Source: Ylistrum balloti
Taxonomy: Eukaryota
Length of the DNA stretch: 64,000 nt
Assembly: GCF_031769215.1 (NCBI RefSeq)
Contig: NW_026783133.1
Location: forward strand, 1-64,000
Direction of reading: 5' to 3'
Each line of letters starts with the position of its first letter. Within the stretch, counting starts at the first letter, position 1. The position numbers were made by a program, and so were the translations under genes. Shown here piece after piece: positions 41,101 to 56,270 of the stretch. A model generated the notes under the pieces. That model was not told where the DNA came from and did not search any database. It worked only from the letters and a program-made list of their open reading frames with translations.

Positions 41101-42843
41101 GAAAGTTCTGCTGATTACATATCATTATGAGATTCCTTTTTCATGGAGCCTGACTTTGTCAGGTTAAATGACAGCCGCGATGGTTTTCTCGCTAAACGTT
41201 ATAGAAGTCAACATGTATATTGTCTATATAATTATATAATTAGCCTTTGCCAACAGTGTCATCTTATCAATAGTTTCCAGATGTACAATAATTAAATAGT
41301 TATTTCTAAATATAACGTTTTGGTGATAACATTTATTTTTATAAGAAATTCATTCACTCGAGTTTATCTTGGATTAATTAAAATGAATGGTAACTTTTTT
41401 TTCTCTAATCATGATGTTCCTAACACTTTATATATGAATTGATACAAGGTCATTGCATATTATGCCGGGAAATAGTTAAGATATTTCACAAGTAATACAA
41501 TAGGTAAATGCCGGAGCCAACTATTGCAAAACAAAAAAAAATCTATCTTTTCAACTCTACTAAACTGCAGCAAGATTTAGGACCATGCTATTTATGTTAA
41601 ATCCCAAAGAATACCTGCTCGTTCATGGCAATACTGAATACTGATATGAATATAAATTGCCACGAAGGTGGGGTTCCAAACCATAGTAAATCGAATTATC
41701 AAACTGGATATAACGCTATTGCATAAAACTAAGGCAGTGACTAGATTAATATGTGAAGCTAAACAATAATCAGAAATCTGTAGCTGAATATAATTCAGCA
41801 GTGTTCTTCGAAATCGCAAAGCCATTTATCTTCTCATTTGAAAAACAATATCCAGAAATATTAAACCAACATTGTCCACATGTACTTTATACAAGGTTCC
41901 TTCAGAATGTCAATCATTTAAAGTTTTGTTACACAAATTCAGTGACAAATGTGAACATGTATAGACAACTTGAAATATATCAACCTGTTGCATGACATTA
42001 AAATAATATATAATAGTCTTGAGACCTATAATCCCTAAGACAAAAATCGTATCCTGTTAATAGGAGTCAAATACTAAAAGCGATGTCATTCACATATATA
42101 TGTATATTTGGTAGTTATCATTATGAGACCTATAATCCCAATGATGCTTACCAAGAGAAATAATTTCCTCAAAAACCAACCATCAAATGATGACCAAATT
42201 AAAGTTTTTAAAGTTATCAAAAATGTAAGTAAAACAATCATCCATGGAATGACTAGAACTAATTCCAATAAACGTTTAGGAGGCAGGTGGGCGAGCTACC
42301 TTTACCTGGCATCCTCACTGGAACGGAAACTGGTTAATGCAGCAAGGGAAGATTACTCTATGCAGTCAGGGGGCATTACTCTTATCACTAATACACTTGA
42401 GGTTGCATTCCACCATCTCACCATTCCCCATAACGAAACCACTTAATAATGGTTTTCCATAAATAATTTTACACTATAAAAATGTTACTTACGTTAAATC
42501 CCAAAGAATACCTGCTCTCTCGTGGCAATACTGAATAAAGACAATAACCCCAAAATGTGTGTAAATGTCGTTTATTAAATATAAACGACTTCAGGTAATA
42601 CAACAATATGTAAACCCAGAGACCAATAACCCCATAGGTCTATACAACATTAGAGACATACATTAAGTAGACCCAGAGGCCAATAACCCCATAGGTCTAT
42701 ATAACATTAGACATTTTAGGTCAGACATGATGATATGCATATAAATTGCCAAGAAGGTGGGAATGTGCCCCCCACCCAGGTATTTGGGACTTAAGAAATA
42801 GTACCGTTAAAAATAATCAGATGACAAAAAGCAAACAAGGCAC

Positions 42844-43140
42844 TCAGACCTGATGTCCTGTCAAGGTGGGCAAACAAAGATATCTCCGAAAAGCATTTGA
42901 TTTCCACCTGCCCATCCGTTGTATTGTATTATCCGGAATACCTGACATGTGTGCAAATGATGCAGCACCGATATGAAAACTATGACTCTTGTATTTGTGA
43001 GGGTCTAAGTTTGAAGCAATCAAATTTCTGTTAAGTTGTGTTGAAAAATAAGCCCTAGAGATAGGTTGACAATTAGGAAAACAAAATAAGGGTCCATCTG
43101 CTGCACCACGGACTTTTACATAATCTAGCATGGCCTGTAC
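42844..43140 (-). pseudogene. Tyrosine recombinase C-terminal fragment (duplicate)
   Basis: Translation identical to 10552-10848. Confidence 0.88.
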
Positions 43141-43180
43141 TTAAATGATTTATCGTGAAGAAAATATCAATTCTACCCCC

Positions 43181-43603
43181 TTAGCTTTGTAAATCCAGAA
43201 CCGTTGGTCTCTGCTCAAAAACCAGTGACCCCAAGTCGACAAACTTGTTAGCCCAGATTTGGGATTTCCCCTTAGCATCTACATCGCTGTCTATTGGCCA
43301 TGATGTATTACCGCTACCTGATAATTCTGAGTTCTGTCCTAACGGACGCACTAACTCTGCCATTGTAAGATCCACACTAGGAGGGTCATCATGGTGGTTT
43401 TCCACAGGGTCATGGGCGGTAGATTCCATTGTATTACTGGCTGTCGCCTTTTCTGAATTATTGCTGGGTTTCATAAGCTCAAATAGCTTAACCGCTATGT
43501 CATTAGCTAGGGAGTCTCGTTTACTTGGCTGTGGTACCTCCTTCGGCTGGGTTCGTTTTTTTGGCAACCAGTTTGGTTCGGTCGATTTCCTTTTCCTTGG
43601 CAT
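43181..43603 (-). pseudogene. Truncated gag-like ORF1 (duplicate)
   Basis: One amino-acid difference from copy 1 (T/N). The frame here stays open upstream into the minisatellite (track ORF to 43705). Confidence 0.6.
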
Positions 43604-43652
43604 GTTGATTTGGTGAAATATCCAAAGATAATAATTATGCCACGGGTGATCA

Positions 43653-44412
43653 ACACTATGACAACCACTGATGTCAAATACATAATCAGATATAGAAACA
43701 ACCACTGTTGTCTATAGCAATATGACAACCACTGTTGTCAAATACATAATAAGATATACAAACAACCACTGTTGCCAATTATATATAATCAGATACACTA
43801 ACAACCACTGTTGTCAAATACAAAATTAGATATACCGACAACCTCTGTTGTCTATAACAATATGACAACCAATGTTGTGAAATACATAATCATATATACA
43901 AACAACCACTGTTGTCTATAGCAATATGACAACCACTGTTGTCAAATACATAATAAGATATACAAACAACCACTATTGTCTGCAGCACTATGACAAGCAA
44001 TGTTGTCAAATATATAATCATATACAAACAACCACTATTGTCTGCAGCACTATGACAACCACTGTTGTCAAATATATAATCATATATATATTGTCTGCAG
44101 CACTATGACAACCACTGTTGTCAAATATATAATCATATATACAAACAACCACTATTGTCTGCAGCACTATGACAACAATTGTTGTCAAATATATAATCAT
44201 ATATACAAACAACCACTATTGTCTGCAGCACTATGACAACCAATGTTGTCAAAATACATAATCAGTTGTACAGGCAGCCACTGTTGTCAATTATATTATC
44301 CGACATACACACAACCACTGCTGTCTGTAACAATATGACAACCATAGTTGTTGTCACATATATGTGATCAGATAACTTTTGTTGCTGAATGCTATGACAA
44401 CTACTCTTGGCA
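43653..44412. repeat. ~64-bp palindromic minisatellite, expanded copy
   Basis: Same unit, about 12 units, ~250 bp longer than the paralog. Confidence 0.95.
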
Positions 44413-45607
44413 CCTGAACAGATTCGATGATAAAAATATTGGGAACCAATATAGTACTTCTTTTGATTAATATATATATGTATATATATATATATATAAG
44501 GTCGTTCGTATTTATGAATATGGAATACGAAAATAAGCAGAAAGCCCAGTTTTTTTTACTTGTTATGTTTTACATGTGGTTTGGTAGATTATCAAATCCC
44601 CCAAAAAAACATATCAATCATTGCACACTCCAATTATTTTGTTAATCAAAACCTAGTTATCAACCACTGTTGTTCATAAAACAGTATAAAAGTCGTGGTG
44701 GTTATATATCAGTTAAGATATCCAGAACTGATTTTTTTTACATGATTGACTGTCGAGAAACATATGGAAATGTAACTAGAGGCTCATACAACACTGAAAT
44801 AATCTTCTTATATCCTACTAGTGTGAGGAATGACTGATTTACTAGTGAGTCATTTTGATTGCACCATAATGAAACGCTAACCCGAAAATTCCAGTTCATA
44901 TACTTGATATATAAAGAAAAACACTGCTGCAATTGATCTAAGTATCGAGTTAAATCAGCCATATCCCAGATTTGCATTGACCTCACTTAGCTGTGTTTTA
45001 CTCTTAAGTCATAAAAACTGAACCACTCTGCAATTCAAATTTAGAAATGATACAATAGTGCCGAAAAGAAATTGAATTACATCATACATCTATTTCTTAC
45101 TTACTTTCTTATTTTGCAAATATGATGTACCGGTAGAATGAATAAGGTGCATCATAAAACGTGATAATGGGGGATATAGCAAATTTCTGTTTATTTCGGC
45201 TCATTTTAGATAATCCTATTATTAAAAGAAACTCACATATCCCTTTAAACTATACATTTAATCAATGCTTACCGCTATTTTGTAATTATTACAGTAAAAG
45301 TCACCTTAATTAATACTAATACCTCTATATATGTTTCATTATAGATGCAAGACTGTAATTTGTATTGACATCTGATTGGATATCCAGTAAATAGATTGTA
45401 ACCATATTTCCAATACACACTGCGTTGCTGTGACCATAATAATGTATTGAATCATGTAAAATAAATGTGAGATTGAACAGTCCTGATCATGATATGAATC
45501 TGTACTGGTAACTGATATGATTGGATGAAGCAACAGATACGTCTATATACTTATTTGTCTGAACTTTATAACAAATTATAAGTATGAAAGTGCATTTCAT
45601 CTTTGAG

Positions 45608-46335
45608 TGTAACAAAATAAGTAAAAAAAAGGATTTAATGGTAACTTTGGAATTGTAGAGAGAAGCATCTTAGTTTAAGGTACATCAGGTCAAAGTCAGT
45701 CAAAGCTTGACCGAGGAAAAATTCCGTGAGTGACAGGTAGTGATGCACGCCTGATAACGGGCGAGGTGTGTACCCCATTGTGAATTACCGTGGCAGAATA
45801 TAGCCAGTATGATTGATCATGACAGATTGATGTTCTCTTTTGTATGTCTCGCGCTGGCGAACGTATTTATAAGTAAACAAGATACGAAACAATATAAGGT
45901 ATAAGGTAGATCAAAGATGGGAAGTTGATAACGGGCACTCCTACTCGCACGTGCCTTCATAATTAGATGCTCCGGGGGCTGGGTTATTGTTGTCCAATGG
46001 GGACTAGCTGAAATTAAGTATTTGAGTATTTTTTATACTAAGACAATAGCCAGCAGAAGATAGTCTAGTCTGGGATCGAGTAGCTAAAGGGAGTTAGAAG
46101 TCGGACTTAGAGACGGGCAGAGTCCCTATGGGACTTGTTCGCGATGGAGCGGGCCCTGGCCAAGTTGGCCCATGGTCATTTGTATGGAACTCTTTGATAT
46201 GGACGGGCAGGTGTTTATTTTTTGTCTGCCTTACACAGGAACTATCTTTTGTAATGGGTATTAACGCGAAGTACTAATTATGAAAAACCACTATACGATG
46301 AAATAAACGTTTCGGTCAATTGTCATTGCGTTACA
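45608..46335 (+). mobile_element. Solo LTR (728 bp), probably Ty3/Gypsy-type
   Basis: TGTAAC...GTTACA termini and a TGAG TSD (45604-45607, 46336-46339). AATAAA at 46302 and a TATA-like tatttataa at 45864. The empty site with a single tgag is at ~12290. GC-richer than its flanks. Confidence 0.9.
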
Positions 46336-49300
46336 TGAGATTTCATGAGACACGAATGAGATATTGCAGTAATGGTTCTATATTCTTATTTCTTTTAAAG
46401 TTGTGTTTGTTTCCTGTGCTTATGTATAACAATCTTCAATTTGATGGAGAAATTTGTTTAGATATTTTGTCAGATGGTTTCATTTTTATTCTTATATAAA
46501 CATATGTTTTTAAGGCAGTATGTCAAATTGAATTCAGGTATATTCAGCATGCCATTTGTATTGATTCTTAAAAATCATTATTTCAGAAATCTGAGAAATC
46601 AATAAGTCATCAAATAAGCATTATGAAAGATATCATCTTGGTATTTCTTGAAAAAATACCCTATACACCTCGATATTGCAGGTATTATCGATGCAAACAA
46701 CTGTATGAAACGAGATAATGAGTAGTAGAGGCCACGTTGACAACGTGGATATCAAGAATAGAGCTAATTATCAAATCAGTGACTTTCGTAACTATTTGTA
46801 AAGATACAAATAAAGTAACAATGTCTTTAGATGTCTCAGATTTCTATCACCGGTTAAAGTACGCAACCTTATATATAATTCAGAAATGTAAGAAAATAAC
46901 AAGCATTTACAGGCTGCACAAGTAAAGATACGACGATCAACTCGTTCACAAGCTTAGTAAGCCTGGCTCATTATCACTTTAAAAGGCATTTATATATGGT
47001 ATCACCTTTTTCAAAATAGTAAAATTTCCATGAGCTAATATAACTACATAGCATGCGGCATACTTAGTCCACTTAAGTGCACCTCTTTAGATACGCCACG
47101 AAAACACGCGAGTTTTATTTCTCTGATTGATAATTGCTCTGTTGTGAAATAATGTATAACGGATTTTCTTTGATAATAATTATTATGTATTGGTACTCTG
47201 CTCAAAGATACATTAGATGAATTTGAAATAGCACAGGGCCTCATGCAAGAACGTGGATTATTTTATTAGGGTCTCTTACAAGCACAGAACAAAAGAAATT
47301 ACTCTAAATGATTCTGCTTGTTTGCTACCTTTCTCTGTTCGCTGCTGCCTCAGATTTATCATGTGATTGGCAGCGGTATAATTGTAGTATTAAACAATAT
47401 TAAAGATCAAAGCATGTTTCTTCCTAAAATATAGTTAAACATTTCAGATTGTGGTATGCTAGAGAAATAAAACGACACCTTCCCGGTAGTGTTCTCATAT
47501 CGCCTTCATTTGCACCTTCTAGTATAAGCCGACCTTCGTTGAGATTTTATATTTCTTTTTCAAATATAGTATGTTCATATATATATCAAATATACATCGC
47601 ACGGTAGTCAGTTAAGATCTCCATTTCACTGACGAAAACATTACATTTGACTGCCTATATGGAGTAATGCTATGCATAATTTCATCGCTCTCAAGATATT
47701 TTGTTTTTCATTAATTTTTTTCTTCGATGCAGTAAAAATGGAGTAAAAATGATGAATAACGTGTCATTGGTGTACGTATACAAGTATATTTTTATTTAAT
47801 CCTTTTTAAATGAATAAAACCATACTGCGCCGCGTTAAATTTAGTAATACCATTACTGACTAGAGATGGTTTCATATAAGAAAAGTGGGTTCTGTGCAAA
47901 AAAATGGAAAAGTAGTACAAATCAAAATTAAACAAAGGGTATCATAGCATTTGAATATGGATCCATAGAACTACACACCAATTACTATATATCATTTCTG
48001 TCCTGGTGTTAAAAGTGAATTTTCCTTGAAAATCTAAGTAGTATGAGACTTCTTTGATTTGGATCACATGGTCTATAAAGTAATTTATATGCAGATAAAA
48101 CAACAAATAATAATTAAATTTCGCGAAATAAAGCGTACTTTCTGAAGCATTACTCATGACATTTCCGTGATGACATGCATACAGTTGTTGTTCCACCATG
48201 TCCAGATGAGGAAACTTTCAATGTCATCAACTCAAGAATAGAGTTCTTTTTAACATGTTTTTCTTTAGTTTTATGCCCTTGGTACATGTTAGGTTATTTG
48301 TAAACAGGGATAATGGGTTCGGTGACTGACGCCTTCATGGTGTCAGCGTGATAGTACAAACGTTCGTATCATAGAGCTAGCAGATGCATCTATTGGAAAC
48401 TATGAAAGAAGCTGAAAATCGTGATATCAAAACCTGGCATACTGAAGTCCTAAAGGACATGATATGTTTGTCTATCTCTGTATGATCAAATGTCCACCCA
48501 AAGCGGAAATTTGCTACTATATGTTGACTTATTATCAGTTTACATATCGTCTCTGAAGATAAAATTGTTGATGAAATGACATCCGCAACACAAATGTTCG
48601 ATAGATTGTTAAAGTAATGTACCCTCCAAAAATGTTTTGCCATACATAATCTTTAACCCATTTTATTTGTGATTGAAATCCGCTTGACAGTAGGAGCATA
48701 CTCTGAAAAAGGGAATCTGAAACAATAAATGGTGTCCATCAGCTACTTGTTATACTACATCTATGAATATATTTATTTTCGCATTAACATTATGATTTCA
48801 ATACATTATTACATGTGCTTTCTTCACGTTCGATTGACATATTTTACTTCTTACAAAATACTATATATCAGCAGTCAGTGACATAGTGGACATGCTAGAA
48901 TAAAGAAGAATCCTAGGATGAATTAGAGTTATATTTAATGTTAAATGTCCTATCAACAGATTTAAGATGATTACCAAAAATATTAGCTACACTTATATGA
49001 AAAGCAGCAAGGAATTCCGTTTTTTATTCAAAACATTACAAACGATTTATTCATTAATCATGTTTTTTGATGTCTGAGGGTAGTCCACGCCGTGATTGAC
49101 ATTTCTATACATCAATTTGAGTTTTTTTCAGTGGCTTTCTAGGCCTTCACATTTAGACCCATAGCATCATTAATGTTGTCTGAAGGTGCAGTTAAGTTGA
49201 TTGTTTGGCGAAAATTTGTCTTACTCTAAATTTGCTGAGCATTAAAAAGGTATGTACTGTATTCTATTGGATCAAAGTGATTCTTATCATGATTATTAGC

Positions 49301-52300
49301 TAGAAACTTCGGTCTGCGAAAATGTACTTTAACTAAAGTTCAAGGTAACAGGTCAACTTTTTAATCATTGTGTGTTTGATAATTCTCATTTAAGATGCCA
49401 ATGTACCTTACACATTATACATGGTGTCGGTCATCGTGACATAACTCAAATTATCTCTCTTGGTACTATGCTTTGTCAAGCCATTTATTTATTTGTTTAT
49501 CTTTAAATGATCATTTTTATCCATTCAACTGATCCAACATCTGTGTATGTCTTGTTTGTTTTAGTTTTAGTCTACAGTTCATACGCATTAAGAGTTTCCG
49601 GACGTAGTGTAAATGTTTGTTCCTAGTTTAAGTTAGGAATATAAATTTTCTCTTAGTATTCTGTTAGTGAGGTACCATATCATTCTTAAAAAAAAAAAAA
49701 ATTCTCTAGTATAAGAAGGATGTTCACGTAGTCAAGCGTAACCTTTTTCATTCTTATTATTATGTTTTTGTGTATTGTAATATTTCTGTATTTGTTCGTT
49801 TAATTTGTTGGGACGTGGTAAAAGATATATCAGTTAAGTATGCTCATTTTTTTTGTTGTAATTGGTTCAAATTCAATTCTCATTGAAAAGTTATCTTTTA
49901 TATATGTTTTGACAATTTTACATCAGTTTCTGTTGCTGATAACCAATTAATTGATCAAATCAGATGAGATTGAAAAGATCACGCAAACATTTTTCTGAGA
50001 TTTTATTAAAAATGTGTTTTCTTAAATTCAGTTCCCTCTGTGTATCCCTTATTCTTAACTTGAATACAGTAACAAACATAATGTGGTATACATGTATGTT
50101 TATCTGATGATGATATATTGACACGAATTGCCTATTTCATCTGAGGACCATGTGCCCCCTGTTTCTTCTCCAGCCTCTTGAAAACTTGAAATCAGAGTTA
50201 TAAGTGTCGTTGTTTGTTTGGTAACAGTTTTTCCGGTTGCCCTATGTTTTGAAAAAAAAAAAAAAAATACATGATCTCATTCCCTATTCCCTAATCTTCT
50301 GGATAAGCAGTTTCTTCTTTAAAAGACACAGATGTATCTTAATAGTGAGAGCGTGGGCAAGAGCGCTTCAAGTCCCTTCCCTCGGACTAATGTTAGTATG
50401 TAGTGGTTAGATAGGTATCGTTGCAGTTATAATCAGCAAAACATTTCTGGTTGTTCCATCTTGAATCATTTGTAGACATTCGACTGAATTATTTGACCAT
50501 TTATATTACGTGCCTTCTGGTAATTCATTCCACACCATTCATTTATATCACACACTCTTATGACTGTGTTAATTAATGATATATGTGGATCTTCATGTTG
50601 TCCTGTGATAGAGTGTAGTAAAGAGAGAACAAAGTAGAATAGATGACACTCACAGTAGTAATATTATTTCAGTATATATCGAGGATCGAAAAAACTGATT
50701 CAATCTCCTTCATTCTCCAGGAAAGATATTTGGCCAGTAGGTACCTGGTGTCGGCTTTTAGAGGTTGTCTTTCAAATACATAATCCCGAATGTACACTGG
50801 CGAAATGAACGACAATTTCAAAGCGCATTATTTTCTTTGATACTCTGTGAGCGATAACGATACGTTTGAGATATTTGCATTTGTGAAGAATAAACCATGA
50901 ATAAGATATGATCAATCATTGTTTGCATTAAATGTTCAGGTCTCTTTAATTTTAAGCTGGATTCTGTCTTGCAGAATGACAATAATAAAAAGATATCAAG
51001 CATTGCACACTCCAAATATCTTGTTAATCAAAACCTATTTATCAACCACTGTTGTTCATAAAACAATATAAAAGTCGTGGTGGTTACATATCAGTGAAGA
51101 TATCGAGAACTGAAACTTTTTAGATGATTGACTGTCGGGATACCTATGAAAATGTCACTAGAGGCTCATACAACACTGAAATATTTTGCTTATATGCTAC
51201 TATTGAGAGTTATGACTGATTTACCACGGAATCATTTTGATTTCACCATAATGAAAGGCTACCCCGAATATTTCAGTTCATGTACTTGATATATTTAAGT
51301 ATCAACTTAAATCGGCCATATCCCAGATTTGCATTGACCTCACTTAGCTGTGCATTACTCATAAGTCATAAAAACTGAACCGCTCTGCAATTCAGAAATT
51401 TTAGAAACGATGAAATAGTGACAAAAAGAAATTAAATTACATCATACATCTATTTCGTACTTACACGAATATATCTATAAAATATATTATAGTTTGCAAA
51501 TATGACGTACTGGTAAAATGAATAAGGTACATCATAAAACCTGATAATGGAGGATATAGTATATTTCTGTTTAGGTCCGCTTCTCTCTTGATTCACCACC
51601 TGTTAAATTGAAAAGATTTCAATATTTTATTGAGATTTTTACAAACAAAAAAAACAAAAAACAAAAAAACAAAAAAATCAGACCACCATACTAAATACTA
51701 ATACCTCTATTCATGCATTTGCTTCATTATAGATGCCAGACATTAATTTGTATTGCCATCTGATTGGATTTCCAGTAAATATATTGTAACCATATTTCCA
51801 ATACACACTGCATTGCTGTGACAATAATTATATTGAATCATGTGAAATTTAACGGTCCTGACCATGGTATGTATCTGTACTTTTTTAATGAGATATGGAT
51901 CAGATATGGCAGTAATGGTTCTATAAACTTATTTCAGTTAAAGTTGTGTTTGTTTCCTGTGCTTATACATAACAATCTTCAATTTATGGGGATATTTTGT
52001 CAGGGGGTTTCATAGATATAATGTTTTTTTTCTGATATAAATATACGTTTTGAAGGTAGTATATTAAAACATTCTAAACACATGAAATAGGTATATTATA
52101 TACAGATGGTTCAATCAAGGTATATTCATGGTGCCATTTGCATTGATTCTGAAAAACCATTATTTCAGAAATCTGAATAATCAATAAGTAATCAATTAAG
52201 CATTATGAAAGATATCATCTTGGTATTTCTTGATAAAATACCCTATACACATCGATATTTCAGGTACAATCGATGCAAAAAACTGTATTATACGAGATAA

Positions 52301-55300
52301 TGAGTAGTATGGGCCACGTCGACAACGTGGATATCAAGAGTAGAGCTAATTATTTCATATCAGTGACTTTCGTAACTATTTGTAAAGATACAAATAGCGT
52401 AACAATGTATTCAGATGTCTCAGATTTCTATCGCCGAGTAGCATACGCAACCTTATATATAATTTAGAAATGAAAGAAAATATCAAGTATTTACAGGCTG
52501 TACAAGTAAGGATACGATGATCAACTACTGCACAAGCTTAGTCAGCATAGCTCATTATCACTTTTAACAGGCATTGATGTATGGTGTCATCTTTTTCAAA
52601 ATAGTTAAATTTCTGGAAGCTGATATAACTACATAGCATGCGGTATACTTAGTCCACTTACGTGCACCTCTTTAGATACAAAAACACGTGTCCACCTTTT
52701 ATGAGTTTTATTCCCCTGATTGATATTTTTTCTGTAGTGAAACAATGTATAACGGTAAAATGCTATCGAGCAGAAAACGTCTACGAATAACAAAAGAAAA
52801 AAAATAATTACTTTCTTGTTGAATGGTATTAAGATCTATGTTGATTTTTCAAACGTGTAAATAGCCTATGAAAAATGAAACAACCGTGTCGACAGAATAA
52901 AACGAAAACCACGCATCATCATGAATCAATCTCCCCTTTTAAAATCAAATTAAGAAAGATAGTCATAAAACCGTTACTTTTTAAACACTTAGACAATGTT
53001 ATTCTTACTACATATTTTTGTCAAATTATTAAAGGCAAAGTGCACATGAACCCAAAACATCAAGTGGGGAATATACGTATCGACTATTGTAGTTTTAACG
53101 GTAGAATATAAGAGCGCAACACTGATGGTGATAAGTTTGTCAGTCGTATATGAGCAAGCAAGAATTACTAAACACCAAAAAAAGTAAAGTTGACAACATT
53201 GATATTCATGAACTGAAAATATGGTCTTATATTAGTATGATATTTTATTGGAATGCCACGATCAATCAAGCAAATAATATCAGTGACTTTGGTCATTTGA
53301 CTGCCATCTCGAAACGCTTACGTGCAATGTCAATGCCTTCACCGAATAAATTCAGCCCTGGAAAACATCTGAGTATGATTATTGATTATAACATATAAAT
53401 AACCAATTGTACAAAAATGGTGATATGACAGCAATTATACAATTGGATAATATGATGATCGAGAACTGAATACAATGTAAATCGATGCAATTTTGTTTTT
53501 AAACTTGTCATAGTTTCGAAGCTAGATTTGTGTGTTTGACATCGGATTACCTCGACGGGAAATAATATGGGTTTTCAATTGCGGTCTGTTGTATAAAATA
53601 TAGTATCATAATTCATAACCTTACTTTTTCCAGGCAAAATATTCTCTAAAATTATATCAATGTCAAAGTATTGCTGAAAATAAAGAAGCAATTGTGAGTA
53701 TATTTATGAGCATTATAAAAGTGACATACACAAAATAAATTTCAAACCCATATCCACAATTACAAGCGGGCGGTTTTTTTCAATACCAAGAATATACCAA
53801 CATGCCAACATAACTATAATCTAAACTCAAATTCCATAAAAGTGGTAAATATGGACAAAAGAAACAAGAAGACAACTCAAAAGTTACAAGAGTAATAATA
53901 CCAGGTGCCATGTAAACCTTGGTCAATCCAAGAAAGTAATGTTACCTTCACAAATAAGAACAATGTATACGACAAAAGAACCAACAGACAAACTAACGAG
54001 TATCAAACACATCAAGCTGCTTACTTCACAAAGAATATGATGTTTCACAATGAAATCACTGTCTTTTCCATTATTTTTTATGTATCATCCTTAATTTGAT
54101 TTTAAAAGAGGAGATTAAATCACATGATGATGCGCGATTTTCGTTTCATTGTGTGGACGCGGTTGCTACCTTTTCCGTATAGGCTACAAGTTTGCACTTT
54201 TGAAAAATTAACATTGATGTGAACGTCAATTAACATGAATGTATTAATGTATTTTTGTCCATAATGCAGGATGTTATTTCCATGCATTCTTTGCAGTTAT
54301 TTTTGTAGGGATCAATATTAGCATACACGTGCTGGCTAATCTTATTTATTCATTTATTTATTTATTTTTCGTTTTACCAGCTAACTAAAGACACTTCGAT
54401 AGCATTTTGCATTTCATATAGTAATATATCATATCAGGCAAGTTAAAAGTCATTATTAATTATTTCCTCACCCCAGGGGAATACATGAGGTGCGCGGTTC
54501 AATGCCCCTGAAAGTAGAGCTAGTTGTACTTCTTTTCTTTTAAAGAAGTTGAAAGATGGGTTGTTCTGTGCTTGTGAGAGACCCTAATAAAATAATCCAT
54601 GTTCTTGCATGAGCCTTGTGCTATTTCAAATTCATCTAATGTAACTTTGAGCAGAGTACCAATACATAATAATTATTATCAAAGAAAATTCGTTATACAT
54701 TATTTCACAACTGAGCAATTATCAATCAGAGGAATAAAAGGTGGACGCGTGTTTTCTTGGTGTATCTAAAGAGGCGCACTTAGGTGGACTAAGTATACCA
54801 CATGCTATGTAGTTATATCAGCTCATGGAAATGTATCTATTTTGAAAAAAAAAGTAATACCATATATCAATGTCTGTTTAAATTGATAATGAGCCATGGT
54901 GACTAAGCTTTTGCACGAGTTGATCGTCGTATCCTTACGTGTACAGTCTGTAAATGCTTGATATTGCTTACAGGTCTGAAGTATATGTTAAGTTGCGTAC
55001 TTTAACCGGCGAGAGAAATCTAAGACATCCAAATACATTGTTACTTTATTTGTATCTTTACAAATAGTTACAAAAGTCATTGATTTGATAATTAGCTCTA
55101 TTCTTGATATCCACGTTGTCAACGTGGCCCCTACTCCTCATTATTTCGTATAATACAGTTTTTTTTCCATCGATTATACCTACAATAGCGATGTGTATAG
55201 GGTATTTTATCAAGAAATACCAAGATGATATCTTTCATAATGCTTAATTGATTATTTATTGATTAATCACATTTCTGAAATAATGTCTTTTGAGAATCAC

Positions 55301-56186
55301 TACAAATTGAATCATCTTTATATAATATACCTATTTCATGTGCATATGGTGTATATGAAATCTTTTTCAATATAACAGATGGTGAATCAATTTGATGTTT
55401 TTCATGTTGAATATAACAGTTTTGTTTATGCTTATTTCTTTTATCTTTTTTTTTTTTTTTTTTAGTGGTATGGTAGTCGATGCTTCGTCGACATTAATTG
55501 ATTTATTTGCGCTAAGTACTTGAAATCTTACTTAAAGTTTAGACTTAATTAAATTTTAATGTTAGAATAACAAATGCAATAACATTCAAAATTATTAACA
55601 AATGATACTTTCTGTAAGATATTGCATTCAGAGTTTCTCTTTCTTATATTGTTTAAAATAGAAAACCATTTAATAAGTTACATACAAATTTATGGTTTTG
55701 CATCATATCACATTCACATATCTGATTAAAAACCAAACTGGTAAGTTACAATAATACAGGTACACAATGTATTCTTTGTTCATATATAGTTGCTAATATA
55801 CATGTATTATTCCATGTTGTATGGCATCAATAGCGTTTGTTTGATTAGTTTTTGATAACCTATTTCACTCATTTCGTAGCTATAAACACATATTGCGACA
55901 ATGGGAAATGAGAACGAATCTTCCGTTCGTTTTCTTATTCCTTCCCTCTACAGCTATGTTCCATTGGGGTATATAGTATCTGGCGATATAAGCATAATAC
56001 AAAATATCAACCAACGACGAAAATGATTATTAACATTACTAACAATACTTAATATATATCTAGTTTATAGGAATAAAAATATCAACAGTGACATTCTTAA
56101 TGATGACGGAACATTACTTGATTGATAGTGAATATGTACACACAACTAACTTTCATGCAACAAATTAACATCAACCTTTACTACAG

Positions 56187-56270
56187 AGTAATTGTTCATA
56201 ACACGCAGCACAATTCAGTACCAAAGATGTCGTTAGACTTCTACGGGACTGAGGGGCTGGCCTTCATTCC
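56187..56270 (+). pseudogene. Dead ankyrin exon: SNCS*HAAQFSTKDVVRLLRD*GAGLHS
   Basis: Acceptor caacctttactacag| is nearly identical to that of exon 1. It aligns without gaps to exon 1 (C3, H6, A7, A8, D14, V16, R17, L18, L19, D21, G23, A24 shared). It has two in-frame stops and no canonical donor at +84. Confidence 0.8.

Larger units (their letters stand above)
32696..44426 (+). repeat. Large duplication, copy 2, near-identical block
   Basis: See 1-11882. ORF-track entries repeat almost verbatim. Homology may extend left of the window start. Confidence 0.97.
41596..44426 (-). mobile_element. Internally deleted DIRS/Ngaro-like element, copy 2
   Basis: Near-identical to 9274-11882, with a longer minisatellite. 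It was duplicated with its flanks rather than independently inserted. Confidence 0.72.
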
